Below, in pieces: positions 1 to 12,506 of a stretch of DNA of 64,000 nt. The DNA lies in contig OZ038378.1 in assembly GCA_964036045.1 (NCBI GenBank), forward strand, positions 53,816,001-53,880,000. The letters are read 5' to 3'. Origin of the DNA: Eutreptiella sp. 'Long Island Sound 2002'. Its lineage: Eukaryota > Protista > Euglenida. The notes under the pieces are model-generated. The model ran no database searches and was not told the origin of the DNA. It saw nothing but the letters and a program-made list of their open reading frames with translations. The position numbers and the translations under genes are program-made. Position 1 is the stretch's first letter. The number at the start of each line of letters is the position of its first letter.

Positions 1-1153
1 CTCAGCAGCATCGTGGGACCACGTGTTGCAGAGCATGCTAAGAAGTGCCACAGTTAGTACCTTGGTGAACGCGCTGCACGGCTGCTACAAGGCCTGCAAT
101 GACGTCTAGCAGGACCTATGGTCTCAACGCCGTGAAGGTGGCCGTGTCCCCTCCCCGTAGGTACTTCCGCTTGTTTGCAGCCGATGTGCCGTCACGACGC
201 CGGTGTGGGTACACTAGTGCGCCTGTGCCCCAATGTGTGGATCGCGTTGTGAGAGGGATGGCAGGTGGTGGCCCAAAGCAAGGTGGGTGCTACGGCACTT
301 GAGACAGATGTCTAGCGCGTGGAAGGTGATCTGGCGTGACTTGCAAGACGTGCAATGCCTAGATAGTGCCACTACCGTGATGGTCCCTCCGCCGTGCTCC
401 CCCTACTTCTATGGTGGGCGGCACTGGATGGTGACTCCTGGATCTTGTGGCTCTGGCATCATAGGGGAGGCCTAGCGACGCTATGAGAATACGGCACGCT
501 ACGTGTATGACACAATGTGGATGCCCACGTGGGGCGCGTACTGGGCGCTATCCGAGGGGTTGTTAGTGCATGTGCGAAAGACATGGTATAATGGAAGTGG
601 CCTCGTCCGCAATTGTGCATGCGGCAACGGCGGGTGCATGTGCTGTTTCAACCATTGCGACGTGGCAGGTCATGCTGGCCGAATAGTGCGCATTACCGCC
701 CCCGCATGGATAGCTGGAACGAAGTATAGCTACGCCCTCGTGCCTTGGGTCGCCAACTACCACAGTAAGGTATCATGGGTCGTCCCGACCAGGGTAATAA
801 GCCCCAAAACCCTGTAGCGTATTCCCATGACAGCGGGGTCTATACTAGTGACCTAGCCATGGCAGTCACAAGGTTTCAATCTCGGGTTAATTTGGGTGAT
901 TACATGAGTGGGCACACGTCCTCACGCCGCCATCTCCGGTGTCCGCAAAGAGCTGTGGAGGGCAGCCGGATGGACCGGGCTCTGTGTGGGGCCAAACCAG
1001 CGTGGATGGCCACACGAAGAGATGGTGTGTATCGCTAATGGGTTACAGGTGGGGAATGTTGTTGGCCGGAGGACTTGGTACAGGCTTTATGGGCTTTGAG
1101 GGGGTACATACGTGGAGTCTTGGGGTACGACACAGCCGCTACGGGGGTGCCCC

Positions 1154-1500
1154 TTGACCCCGGGAACAACTCAAGGAGGTATTGGGGCTGCCCACGGGCC
1201 CCAGCAGAAAATTCCTTGGGGTACAGGGGTGTCCCCTGACCTGAAGACCAACTCAGGGAGGTATCGGGGCCGCGCACAAGCCCTAGGAGAAAACCTGTGG
1301 GGGTATGGGGGTGACCCCTGACCCCAGGACCAACCAAGTGAGGTATAGGGACCGCCCAGAAGCCCCGGGAACAAATCAGCGGGAGCACCGGGGTGTCCCG
1401 TGACCCCTAGAACAACTCATGGAGGTATTGGGGTGTCCCTTTGACCCCTCAAATAACTCACAATGGGTACTAGGGCATCCCTTGGCCCCTCAAGAGAACT
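1154..1500 (+). repeat. Degenerate minisatellite, ~83-bp unit built from ~41-bp halves
   Basis: tgaccc...aacaactc...gaggtat recurs near 1154, 1237, 1320, 1401, 1442, 1481. Confidence 0.75.
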
Positions 1501-2964
1501 ATAAGGACTCTGCGTGCGGGCATGTACATACCCTAACCGCCTGACCTCTCAACACATGTCGAGTGGCACGGTGACGGAGGCCGTGGCGGTGGCGGCTGCA
1601 ATACGTTAGGCGCAAGGGTGAGGGGCGAACATGCATGGCAAAGGCGGTGGCAGCAGGCAAGGGGTGCCGACGGCTCCGTAGTGTTGGCGGCGGTGAGGAA
1701 CGAGAAACGTCCCGCATGGCAGTTATGGCACTCCAGCGCACGGGGCAATGCGAGTGGCGGTAACAGTGAATGCCTCGCGAGGCATGGCGGGCAAGGTGGC
1801 GTGTCAAGTGTGGCTTGTGGTGGCCTATTGTACACAGTATCTTTATAAATTGTTTAGGGGTTGAGGCAAAGCCCAACGCTAGTCGGCATGCCACATTGTA
1901 CGTGGATGCCAAATCTGCGGCCTCCTGAGTGCCGTGGTAGGGACAGCATAACAACGGGAGCTGGCCAATCAGTGCCGGCAAGGGTCAAGGTTAGGCGTCA
2001 GGGCATTGTATGTGGGCCGGACGAGATGGGCCTAGTCACCACAGCCCGGGGCGAACCTATGGTGGGTACCCCTCCATGTGGTCGATAACCAAGCTACGGC
2101 ACCCGCCAGCCCGAGTCCTAGCCAGCAAAATTCACAAGATGTGCCTCTCATGCCGCGGGGTGGCCGGCATCCCCCTTAAAGACCCTCGTGTTATAGTATA
2201 TGTGAGTATGAACAATTACAGCAGGCTTGCTCAGACAACCGCCTGTGGGCATGGGGGCACTCGACTATATATGGGGTCATGCGGGAGGCTTCATAAGGTG
2301 CACCTATCGTCATTCGGCGGCTGTGGAAAGTTATGTTGTGCACATATGGATTATTGTATTTTGGGGCAGGGGAACCAGTACTGGTGCCCGTGATGGGCTA
2401 CAAGTATCGAACCTGTGCGACGCGGAGATGGGAGCAATGAAGGCTTAGGGCCAGGCGAGGCTAGAGCTCCCCATGAATCCCGGCTCCAAGTCTGTGGGCT
2501 ATTGCAAGCGCGGTACCAAGAGGAGGGATGAGGGTGCAAGTGGGTGGCGGGGGTAATATGGCGTGGTGCGCCCGGAAGGAGTACAACGAAGGGGCGTGAC
2601 GTTGTTTCGCCGCATGCGTGCTGCTTTGTTTCTTGGTTGGTGTCGTGCACCCACAGGACGAGCCCTTGCGTGCTGCTTGATGCTGTGGTCTTGTGTTGCC
2701 GTGCCTTGCCCCCTTACCGCCGGCAATTCAACGGGCCAACGCTCATCTCCGTTGCTAATGCTAAAGCTCTGCAGTAGCCACTACCCCAAAAGTCTGGTTG
2801 GCCGGTATCCCCTGTCATCTGGGTCCTCCGTTATGCTGTGGGCCACCTCAGGCAGCTCTGGGACCCATGGGATCGAGCAAGGCAGGAACCACCCGTCGGT
2901 GCGAGGTGCCCGGTAGCTCTAGTAGACGGCATGATAAGTGGTTATGAGTACGACCAGGACTATA

Positions 2965-2969
2965 TATGT

Positions 2970-3001
<32 letters not shown>
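2965..3001 (+). repeat. (TG)n microsatellite
   Basis: Read directly. Confidence 0.95.
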
Positions 3002-3004
<3 letters not shown>

Positions 3005-3882
3005 CGACAAGATTGTGTTAAGGTCATGGCCATGCGATACCTTGCGCCGTGCTTTTACAATAAGGTTATTGGGGTGTTATTCCCGGTCGCCCTTTGCACA
3101 TTGAGTTGATGCCATAATTATACTTTTGTACATGGCAATGCTGTCAACACATCAATGTGGCACCACTCCACTTGGTGCCTAATAGCGGTACATTTGGGTG
3201 CACCAAGCAATGCAAGGCCTTCTCCAACTATCCAACAATACTCTTCCATTTTGTTGCCTTTCATTTGTGACATTACAATCCGCTATAGCCATCTAAAGAT
3301 GGTCTATAGTTGATGGATGCAACGGCTACCCCTCGAGCAAGTGTAGGCACCGGTGTGACGCATTTGATCTGTTTAGCATGCCTTACTTGGAGCCACTGTT
3401 TGCGAAGTATGAGTTGTGTTTGCGGGAATGGCAGAGGAGGACCTTCCCTCATGAAGAAGGGCCCGCCCCCACTGCGTTTGCGACCCAATTACCCAGTCCT
3501 ACCTGCCGTACCCCATGCCACCTGCGCACCTGTACGCACGAACACAACAATACCACACTTCAGCAGGGTATTTGGATTGGTAGGAAGTTTGCGTATCTTT
3601 GTTCTTATGTATGGCAGCTTGTGTACTTGTGGTGCTTGTTTGAACGCGCACGCCGAGATGCTGTTTTTCTGACCTAGCAGTAATCTTCTTGCCTTGCAGC
3701 TGTGCCAAGTAGTTCCCAGCATGTCCAAGCTTAGTGTTGCATTTGTTTGTGCTACTCTCATGTGTTGAATTAGTCTGGAACTCCAGAGTTTTCAGACACA
3801 TTGGGGGCATGGGCAGTTTGTCTAGTGGAGACAACCCCCCCCCCCCCTGCGCCACTCGGTCAGGGTGCGATGGGTGTGTGCC

Positions 3883-4530
3883 TCACGGGATGGCGGCCTC
3901 GCCATTCTTCATGGGAAATCGGACAAAAATGGCCATTTTTGGGTCAAAAGTGGGATTTTGGCCCTGGGAACGACAAACCCCCAACCTATATGTCGGCATC
4001 GAGACCCGGGGCAAAAGCGTATGGCACCTGGGACACACCATGTGCTGCTTGTGGCGATGGCACAACTCCACGTGGCCGGGCACTTCAACCAGCACCTGGC
4101 CATCTCTTTGCGCTTCCTTGTGTACACCGGAACGCCGACCTTTGGGTACACAACCACCGTGAAACAGTGGACGGGCTTGTCCCCCTGCACCCCCGTTGCC
4201 CTTGTTGCCAGCTTGCGGCGAAGCGGCGCGAGATCCTTCGGCGTGTGGCGCTTCTTGTTGCCCCCAATTCCCCATGCACGAAGGCGCTGCTGGTGGGCCG
4301 CCTTCCGCTGCTTCCAAGACGTTTCGTTGACCGCCGCTGGCGAGCATACACAGGCGCAACGTACCACAAAGCGCCAAATGCCAAAGCCTCGGACTATGAA
4401 AGAACTGCTGCACATCATCATCTTCGATCTTTCGGACTCGCCGGCCGCCCAAACGCGAGCCACTAGCCTGCACCCACGAGGGGCAACGGTGACAATGCAC
4501 ATTGGAAGAAAGGCGTCTTAATTTTTCCAA
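3883..4530 (-). pseudogene. Decayed ORF carrying another copy of the Tudor-like module
   Basis: PKGRRSGVHKEAQRDGQVLVEVPGHVEL resembles PKGVERGTVRGIHGRKYGAVWVEYPGG and WVRVLGDVEL. Confidence 0.35.
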
Positions 4531-7500
4531 CTATATGCTTCGGGTTTGGGGGGTGGAAGAGAATCATTCTTGGCCTCGGTGCGCAAGTGTACCCTCCTAA
4601 CCAATGACCAATGTCGCCATAACACTAGATGAGCGTGCCCCACCAATAGTCGACAAAAGAGGCAAAAAGAGGGGTAAAGGAAGGGGAGCGTGTGGCTTGG
4701 AGACCATGGCCTCTACCACTGTTTGTGTGACCAGTAGTGAACAACGGTGGTCTTTGGGTGGATGTTACATGTTCCAAGCATTGTTATATTGAATAATTTG
4801 AATTTTGTGACCCGTGGCGATATTGTATGGGGTGATGTTGAGTGACAAATTACTTGCAATGGTAAACTTTTGCTTACAAAGTGCTTGCAGCAGTGAAGTT
4901 TTTGCCTACAAGGGAGCTTGTAAATGAGGCAACATTTCGATTGAGGCCAAGGTCCAAAAGTGCACGGGGAAGGAGGACAACACAAACATGTGTCAAACAT
5001 CGAGCTAACGCTTTCGAGAAAATGAAGATTATTCAAGCATTCAATCGAAAGTGTGGGACGTCATGAGTGAGCAATCAAGACGAGTGGACAAGTGGCATTT
5101 GGACAATGGGGCAAGAAGTGTATGACTAAGCAAAACAAAGCTCTAGCCAAGGGTTGCACCTCGGCTACTTTCCATGGCATAATTCTTGGGGAGAAATCGA
5201 ACAACCTTGTGACCTCTTCGGTGAAACTTTTAAATCTGCACATGCATGTTGCTTCATTGCTATGCTGCACAGCTAAATGGATGCATTATATTATTTTGGT
5301 GGTACAACCAACCATCAAATATGTGTGATATTAGTAGGGTTGTTTTCCAATTCACGAGAAACAATATTTACTCAATCTCAGCCTAGAGTTTACTGGGCAC
5401 GTCCTATGGTGCCACAACCAAGAAGTTCCTACAACCACAACGTGGGTTTGTCATGGGAACTTGGACCACCCTCACAACTTGGACATGCGACCACCATGGA
5501 GCATGGAGCATGGCCCAGGTTGCCACAGAGTTTCTTCTCCATCATCTGCGGAGCTTTTACTCCCCCTCCGTAGAAATTCTATCTTTTGTTTATTCAAATT
5601 CATCCCTTCTCAATCGAAATGTACACGCACTCTCTCTCATCTCCATGAAAATTCCATCCATCTAGCACCATATTGCAAAGATAACATCCACGAAGCACAT
5701 CAATTGCAAACAAGTTGACGGGCACTTTTGTAGGTATGATGGCCGCCACTGCTACACCAGGTATAAGGGACCACAATGAATTGTTTTTTCATTATGTTTA
5801 TGAGGTGGCAACTGACAATGAAGAGTCACTTGTGATAGTGGCGGTCTTTGTGCTTCTAAGGATTTGGCCGGTGGTGGTCTTGCTGCTCAAGTTGCTGATG
5901 GTGACGTTTCTGCTAGTGTCCCTTTGCTGCTGTTGTTGCTTGTGCTCCTCATGCACTTGGTACCACGTGCTTCAACCAATGACCGGGACTCCATTTGAAT
6001 TGCATTGGACGCCATGGAGTACTCCACCTACTAACTAATATACACATCCAAATGATATCATGCACGTGATATTACCAGGGGGTAAGTTGAGAACTAATGT
6101 TGGATCCCACCATTTGTTCTTTTCCCCTCCTTTTCCGGAGTGGCGCCGCACGTTGTGATCGGCCGTCACCTACCGGTCAACATGTCGTTGAGTTATTTGC
6201 CAACCGCCGCCGATTTGCGGGTGTTCGCTATTTCACATGATTTGTGCATTGCACACCTGGCAGGCATCACACCCACTTAGCCAGACAAGCAATGCACACC
6301 CTCATCACGACCATCGGTGTCATGGTTGGCAAACGTCGTAGCGGACCTGAAAGAAGACTGTGTCTTTTGTTGTATGCCAGTGGTCGGCAACGGGCCTTGT
6401 GCATTAAGGGGGAACTTAAGCGCAATGCGCACGCAGTGCGCCTATTTGGCCGCACTAGAAACCCATGTTTTGTGACACTCTGGGAATCGTTGTTGTTTGA
6501 CAACAGGTTTTGATGCTTCTTCCACATTGGTAATGTAGAATTATTGGATTTTCACTCAGTTTCCCCCATTTCCACCCCTTTTCACACACTCTTTGCTCAT
6601 TTCTCCGCTCCTTTCTAGGCTGAATTTCTCCCCACCATAGGGACCCGAGAAGGCAAGGGTGATGTAGCCATATTGATGTCTCTCCACCATGGGGACCCGA
6701 GAAGGCATTTATTGGTCGAAAGACTTCGGATGTTCATGGTTTCTATTGGGCATGTATTGAGCACTTGTCTGTACGCGTGTGGCATTAGGGCCTCGTAAGG
6801 AGTATATGGAGGGGATCCGGTACTGAGTTGCATGAGGTACGCTTGCATTTGCAACAATTTTTGATTCGAAGACAAGTACGGTACCATCCATATGGTCCAT
6901 GGGAACACGTATCTTGCACATGTATGGATCGCACCTACACAAGAGGACAATGATGATGAGAATGTTGTGGGTAACGATGGGGATGTATGTGTCCTTGGTT
7001 ACACCAAGTCTGACTCTCAGAAGATGTCCCTGTATGGCAAGTGTCACCTGCAATGTTGTATGGAATGCATTGCCACACACACATATGACAATTTGACAGT
7101 GCTTTATGTCTGCAACTGTGTCATTTTGTGCACACAAGTTGATTCTGATTCAATGTTTACTGGACAATTGAACCAAAAGAAGGACCTGTGTTATTGAGGG
7201 TGGATACCCAGGGTGGCGGCCATCGCCATTTATGGTTTTGCGCATTTTGCATGATGTCTTTTGCAAAGGGAAGGTAGTTTGCAACAGTTCTTGAGCTAGG
7301 GTAGTTGGGATCGCCTAATTTTTAAGGCCATTTGGAAGGAAATGCCTGGGGGCTCTTCAGGCGGACCTAGCCGAGAAGTAGCGCGCAGTGCAAGGATTCC
7401 CCCTTCGTGTGCCTTTTGGCTGTTTCAAGTTGTAATACGCTGTTGTCTGTGAGAACGCTGAGCATAGAAACGGCCCTGTCCAAATACTTCAGATCTGCTT

Positions 7501-7625
7501 TCCCGGTCTTTTGTGTGCACAATTGGAGGGGGGGGGGGGGGGGTTGCGATGTTTTGCATTGCCCACTCTGACCCGATGAGTGGTTGTGTGAGTGACGTTT
7601 GTGACCCCATCAGCCATTGCTACAG

Positions 7626-7868
7626 GTGCTGGACACGTACATCAAAGGGGTGCGGGAAGACGTCGCGATGCTGAAGGCTGCGGATTTTGACCAGCAGATT
7701 GGAGCCATCCGTGAGGAATTTAAGAGCGAGATCAAACGGCTGGAGGTCCTCCAGAACGGCCTGCGAACAAAGTTCGACGAGGAGGTTGAGCAGGTTGCGA
7801 CGGACATGAACACGACGCTGGAGGAGACTAGCCAGAGCATTGCAGAGGAGATGGACCGTTTGGCACAG
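7626..7868 (+). CDS. Host gene exon (81 aa, coiled-coil), phase 0/0
   Basis: Acceptor ctacag|GTG and donor CAG|gtgtgg. Translation VLDTYIKGVREDVAMLK...EEMDRLAQ is heptad-like and E/K/Q-rich with GC3-biased codons; the ORF turns to nonsense past the donor. Confidence 0.8.
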
Positions 7869-8449
7869 GTGTGGGAGGCATTTTGGGGGTCGACAGCAGA
7901 GGTGCCGTTTTGTGGTGGGAAATTTGCCTCGGACCAGCCTGTGACCATGCACAGACGTACACTCACATGTGCACCAGGGCGGGCATTCGCACACAGGGAG
8001 CATAGGGAGCATGGTGCAGGATGCGGCGTGCACCAAGAGCACAATACAACCAGCGTGCTCGGCATGACACTGGCATTGCGGGCTGTTGGTTGGACAGAGG
8101 GGGCTCAACACAGCCAAAAGCACTGGTACTTGCACCTGGTCAGCAAACAACTTTGATTTTTCATCTACGCGAGATCCATTTCGGCTCGGGGCTTAAATGA
8201 GTGTCGAAAATTCGTTTTTTTTTCCACACACACTCCAAGGTCCCATTGCAACACAATTGGCCCTTGCATGAATGCATGTTAATCCCCAAGGAAGGACTCT
8301 GTCTGCCAACCCGTCACTTGTGAGCACTTGCCTGCACACCGCTGTGCCAACCCCTGCACATTTCCCTGTCCAGGGCTGTAATTGACACAATAGTGAATAT
8401 ACCCCGGCAACAACTATGTAACGAATTAATGCAAATAATATTGACACAG

Positions 8450-10150
8450 GAAAAACAACATATTATCAGCACTTCTACTGGCTTGTACTGACTTCATGGC
8501 ATCTCGGCTGATGGGCAGGGTACCATGGCAAGTGATGTTGCACCATCTGTAGACTGTGCTATTGGCGTTAGAAAACAAGGTCACCCTGGCCACTGGGTCC
8601 ATTGCAGATTGCGCTTTTTCGTATGTTTTTGTTGTTTACTTCGATAGGATGTCCTTTTGACGAGATGCCATTGGGAGTCCAACATGACCCGTGTGCACCT
8701 GAGTGGAACCACCAGCTTGCATGATTTCTTGGTGAGCCAATTTTTGGCCTAAAAGCTGGGTCACCGATCTAGCGGGCCTCCCAACCATGCGCAATGCCTT
8801 GTAGGTATTGCACCGCTACCGACACCACTAAAGGTCCTCTTGGAAATGGCCTAGTGTCTCCAGGGCCACCCACCCAAAATCATGGGCCTCATCTAAGCGG
8901 GAACCCACGCTCTAGCCCCAAGCTAGAACAAGTTCCACCACTAGATTCCCCTGTTGGAATAGGTTTCAGCCGTGGGTTCCGGCACAGGGTCTGGAGGAGG
9001 TTTGGGCACCCTGATTATATTGTTTGTGGGAGGAGCAACAGCCACAATTGCCATGGGCGGGGGTGGGAGGCACCAAGTGACATGAACAGCAGTGTGCCCC
9101 GGCTTTGTTGGGGCTGGCCACTAGCCAACCACATTCGACGAGGATCGAGGAGTCGACAAAGCGGCTCTCCACCGGTCGAATTGGCGGAGCATCTTTGGTT
9201 TGCTGTCATCCGTAGCGACAACCATCCGCATAACTGCCCACTCCGGACCACCAACAGTGACCCAAGGGGGGTTCCGTAGCACAAGGTTGGACCAAACGGT
9301 GATAGATGGGAGCCCTCACTCGCTTGTGGACGAAGGGGCTAAGGGGAGATGTGTCGGGGGAGACGGAGATACTCGCTGGGTTGATGGGTTCATCACCAGC
9401 AGTGGCCTTGGGTTCGGGGAACTATTGGATGTCGAGAGTGGTGTATGTGAGATAAAGCAAACTTGTGGCTGCAAGGTCATAGACCCCATGGCGGCCTTCT
9501 CCTCTTGAGGTTTTTCCGATGCTTTAGGCTCTTCCTTGGACCTCGGGCTAAGGTCCGCGACAGCGGGTTCTATACAGCTGGTGCACTACATCTCTTTTTC
9601 ATGGTTCCATAGAGGGGACTTGTTGCACCTCAAGCACACTTTGCCGCAGGGTGCACAACGACACTCAGCAACGGAGCACCTCGGAGGTGGTGAAACCTGG
9701 GAAGAAGTGCCCCTGTTGCTCGAACCCCCATTGAAACCGGTTCTTGTGCCGAAACCCCCACTCGCACCCCAAGTGGGGGAGGTTCTAGCGATGGGTCCTT
9801 CACTAGAATCACAGCCAACACACGTGGTGATGGAATGAGTTGTGTCATCCTTAGGCCCCTTTGAAAACGCACCTTGGGGACTGTCCACGCTAAACCTTGT
9901 GTAGGCAAACCCTCTACAAAAGTTATTGAACCGCCCAATGGGGTCCTATTCTCATGCACAACACCATTTGGTGACCGAGGCCGGGGGGGGGGGGGGGTGA
10001 CCGCTTCCGCCGGGATTTCGCAAAGAGGAAGACAACCTATCATGCTTGTCACTCTCCAGCACACCGTGTGCCACTTGAGGCGCAAGTGGTGCCCTTGCAG
10101 CAATCCGGGCGTCAGCCCAAGCAAACCTGTCCACTCCTTACACAGTTGTG
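8450..10150 (-). mobile_element. Degenerate LTR-retrotransposon-like gag/protease remnant
   Basis: FVEGLP gag-like segment, Cys/His knuckle-like CLRCNKSPLWNHEKEM*C, Pro-rich spacer, and weak protease-like LDEAHDF / RTFSGVGSG segments. No LTR or RT seen. Confidence 0.35.
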
Positions 10151-12438
10151 GAAGTGCATGGCTTGCTTAAGCCGGAGGGTTGGTGGGGACCTGGTCATTC
10201 ACCGATGGCTCCATGCGGAAGAGGTGTGGCGGTGCGTGGCCATTGCGGGCGGAGATGTAAATGGAATTTTGCCTTGGAATGTTCAAAGGCTGGATCCACT
10301 TGCACACTGGTAGTGTCGGGGCGGCACATGCACCCTCGCCACTTGGAAGTGCGCTTCATCGTCACTCTTGCTTGCATGAAAGAAAAGCGTGTCTAAAGTC
10401 TACTATGCACTATACAACAAAGGTTGCATCAATGCCTTTAGGGGGTCTTCTTTGGAAATTAGGGGCTTAGAGGCCAAGGGGTTGTGAGCAGAGTCATGCT
10501 CCCTCAAGCACATTGCCATGCCCTTGCATCTACGTTGCTAGCAGGCAGCTCAATAGCCACATGGAAACAGGCCAACAACCTTGTTAAGTGCATGGTGACC
10601 AACGGGATTGTTCAGTTGGTATTGCAGGAAAAAGTCACTGGCTTACAAGCCCATCGTTCCAATGGCCCTAGTTGACGAACATATTGTGGTAGTCCGCAAC
10701 GCTGCTCACAATGGTCTTTCCCCTCACATCGCTAGCAAGGTGTGACAACATCCTGCCTTTTTTCAACAAGCGCAGCCCTTGGTGACATTGAGTTGTAGCT
10801 GGACCACATACGGACCACTAGTTGCCCTTTTCTCTTGTCGCCGCCATCCGTTCGATGGGGGTCAACTTTTGAATCAAACACGACGACACTTGCAGGCAGC
10901 GTTTTATGCATCCCATAAACGTGGTGCACATTGAGACCAGTTGCAATCCACCGCTACGATGGTTAGACAAATGAACACCAGCATGTAATGCAAAACCAAG
11001 CAATCTTGGCCTTCATGTTGCTTTTTCTTACGACTTCGAAAATTGGCAGCAAAACACAAGTGACCGTGGATAGCTGGTATAGCTGAGTACAAAGCCAATA
11101 TTAGACTCTTACAACAAGCGATGCATATGCATACAATGGTGTATCATTGGGCGTTTGCAAGAACCCTTCATACTCTAGTGATTAATGAAATAGTTTCGTG
11201 CGCACCAAGGACACTCATTGATTGGGGGGGGGTGTTCAATCGTCCGCATCCCGCCCCAATCGCTGGGGCCATCCCGCCACATCACATGTGGTTAGACTCC
11301 TTTGGGCGAGTTGGCCTGGTATGTGTGGCCCATGACGCCTCTCAACATTGCCCCCCCCCCCCCCCTACCTTGCATAACGCTCCACCTTTTGGCCCGTTTC
11401 CGCCCGTTTCCCCAAAATGTTTTTCTAAATACAGATGCTACGGGGCATGTGTTTGACGCTCGCTACACATGCTCCCGTTTTCAACCTCTGTGCAACATCT
11501 TGTGATGGGACCACTCCCTTTTAAACAAGGCCGCGGTCTCCCGGATTTTCCGCAACGGGTGCGTGCGACTATTTGGTTGCCATATACGCGCCGTACCCTG
11601 CTAGGTATTCCAATAACAAAGCCACGTGGTAAGGCACCTACACTATGTGCTTTCTCCGATAGCATGCCATAGCTATCTGATGCTTAGTTGTGCCATTTCC
11701 GTTCACGGTGGTGTAGCCCCGATTCCATGTGCTATTGTTTGCCGGGGTGTATGGTGGCCTATTCCACTTCCTTTTATAGTTATGAACACTTCTTTTTTTC
11801 ACTGTTGTCTCATACTGACTTGGCGTCCCTTAGTTCAATATTGCCTTGGCGACCTTGAGATGAAACTTATTTTAGCCCTCGTTAGTTGGACCATCAGTTG
11901 TATTAACCCCCTTTCCCCCCTCCCCTCCTTCGACTTGCCCCCTGACTTTCCATGCAAGTCTTGCCACAAACATGAATTGAATAATCCAGACCAAGGGCAT
12001 TAGTGTGGGTGCAATTGCCAACCTATTAATAAGGTGAAGGACCCGTTGAGCAGCATTCTTGTAAGCGGTGTGTGTGTTCTCAAAAGGAGACGGGAGACAA
12101 AGAATGTCTGAAATTGATGCCATGAAAAGTGGAGACCGCTTGCAAGGAGTAAACTCCCGGGTGTTACATGGGATTTGGTGTTGCTTGTGATTCCAAACGG
12201 CCCAATTCTCCTTATTTTTCTCCCCAATTGCAAAAGCCTTCGGCACCGCTCCAAAGTTGCCACCTGCTGTTGTTTCATGTAAATTTCACGTATTTCCTCC
12301 AAATATTTTGCTTTCCTTGAGGAAGAGCGGTTGGATCCTAGTGTGTCCGTTTCACACACACTTGTTCCACCTCCTCCTTTGTCCACGCGAGTTTCACCAG
12401 CGGAGTTGATTGGGCGGTACATTTGTGGCCTTGGGCAC

Positions 12439-12440
<2 letters not shown>

Positions 12441-12491
<51 letters not shown>

Positions 12492-12506
12492 TGGGTGTGG
12501 GTGTGT
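12441..12506 (+). repeat. (TG)n/(TGGGTG)n microsatellite
   Basis: Read directly. Confidence 0.95.

Noticed and set aside
1154-1500. CRISPR-like array (also considered 27635-27945 and 48513-49090)
   Set aside because: The whole unit is degenerate, with no constant repeat plus unique spacer structure, no cas genes and a eukaryotic context.
1-2450. Retroelement assignment for the window start
   Set aside because: Looks like decayed coding DNA, but I found no RT, RNase H, integrase or recombinase motif.
4530-6050. Integrase or gag remnant (LCGNLGH knuckle-like, minus strand)
   Set aside because: Single weak motif with no supporting catalytic residues.
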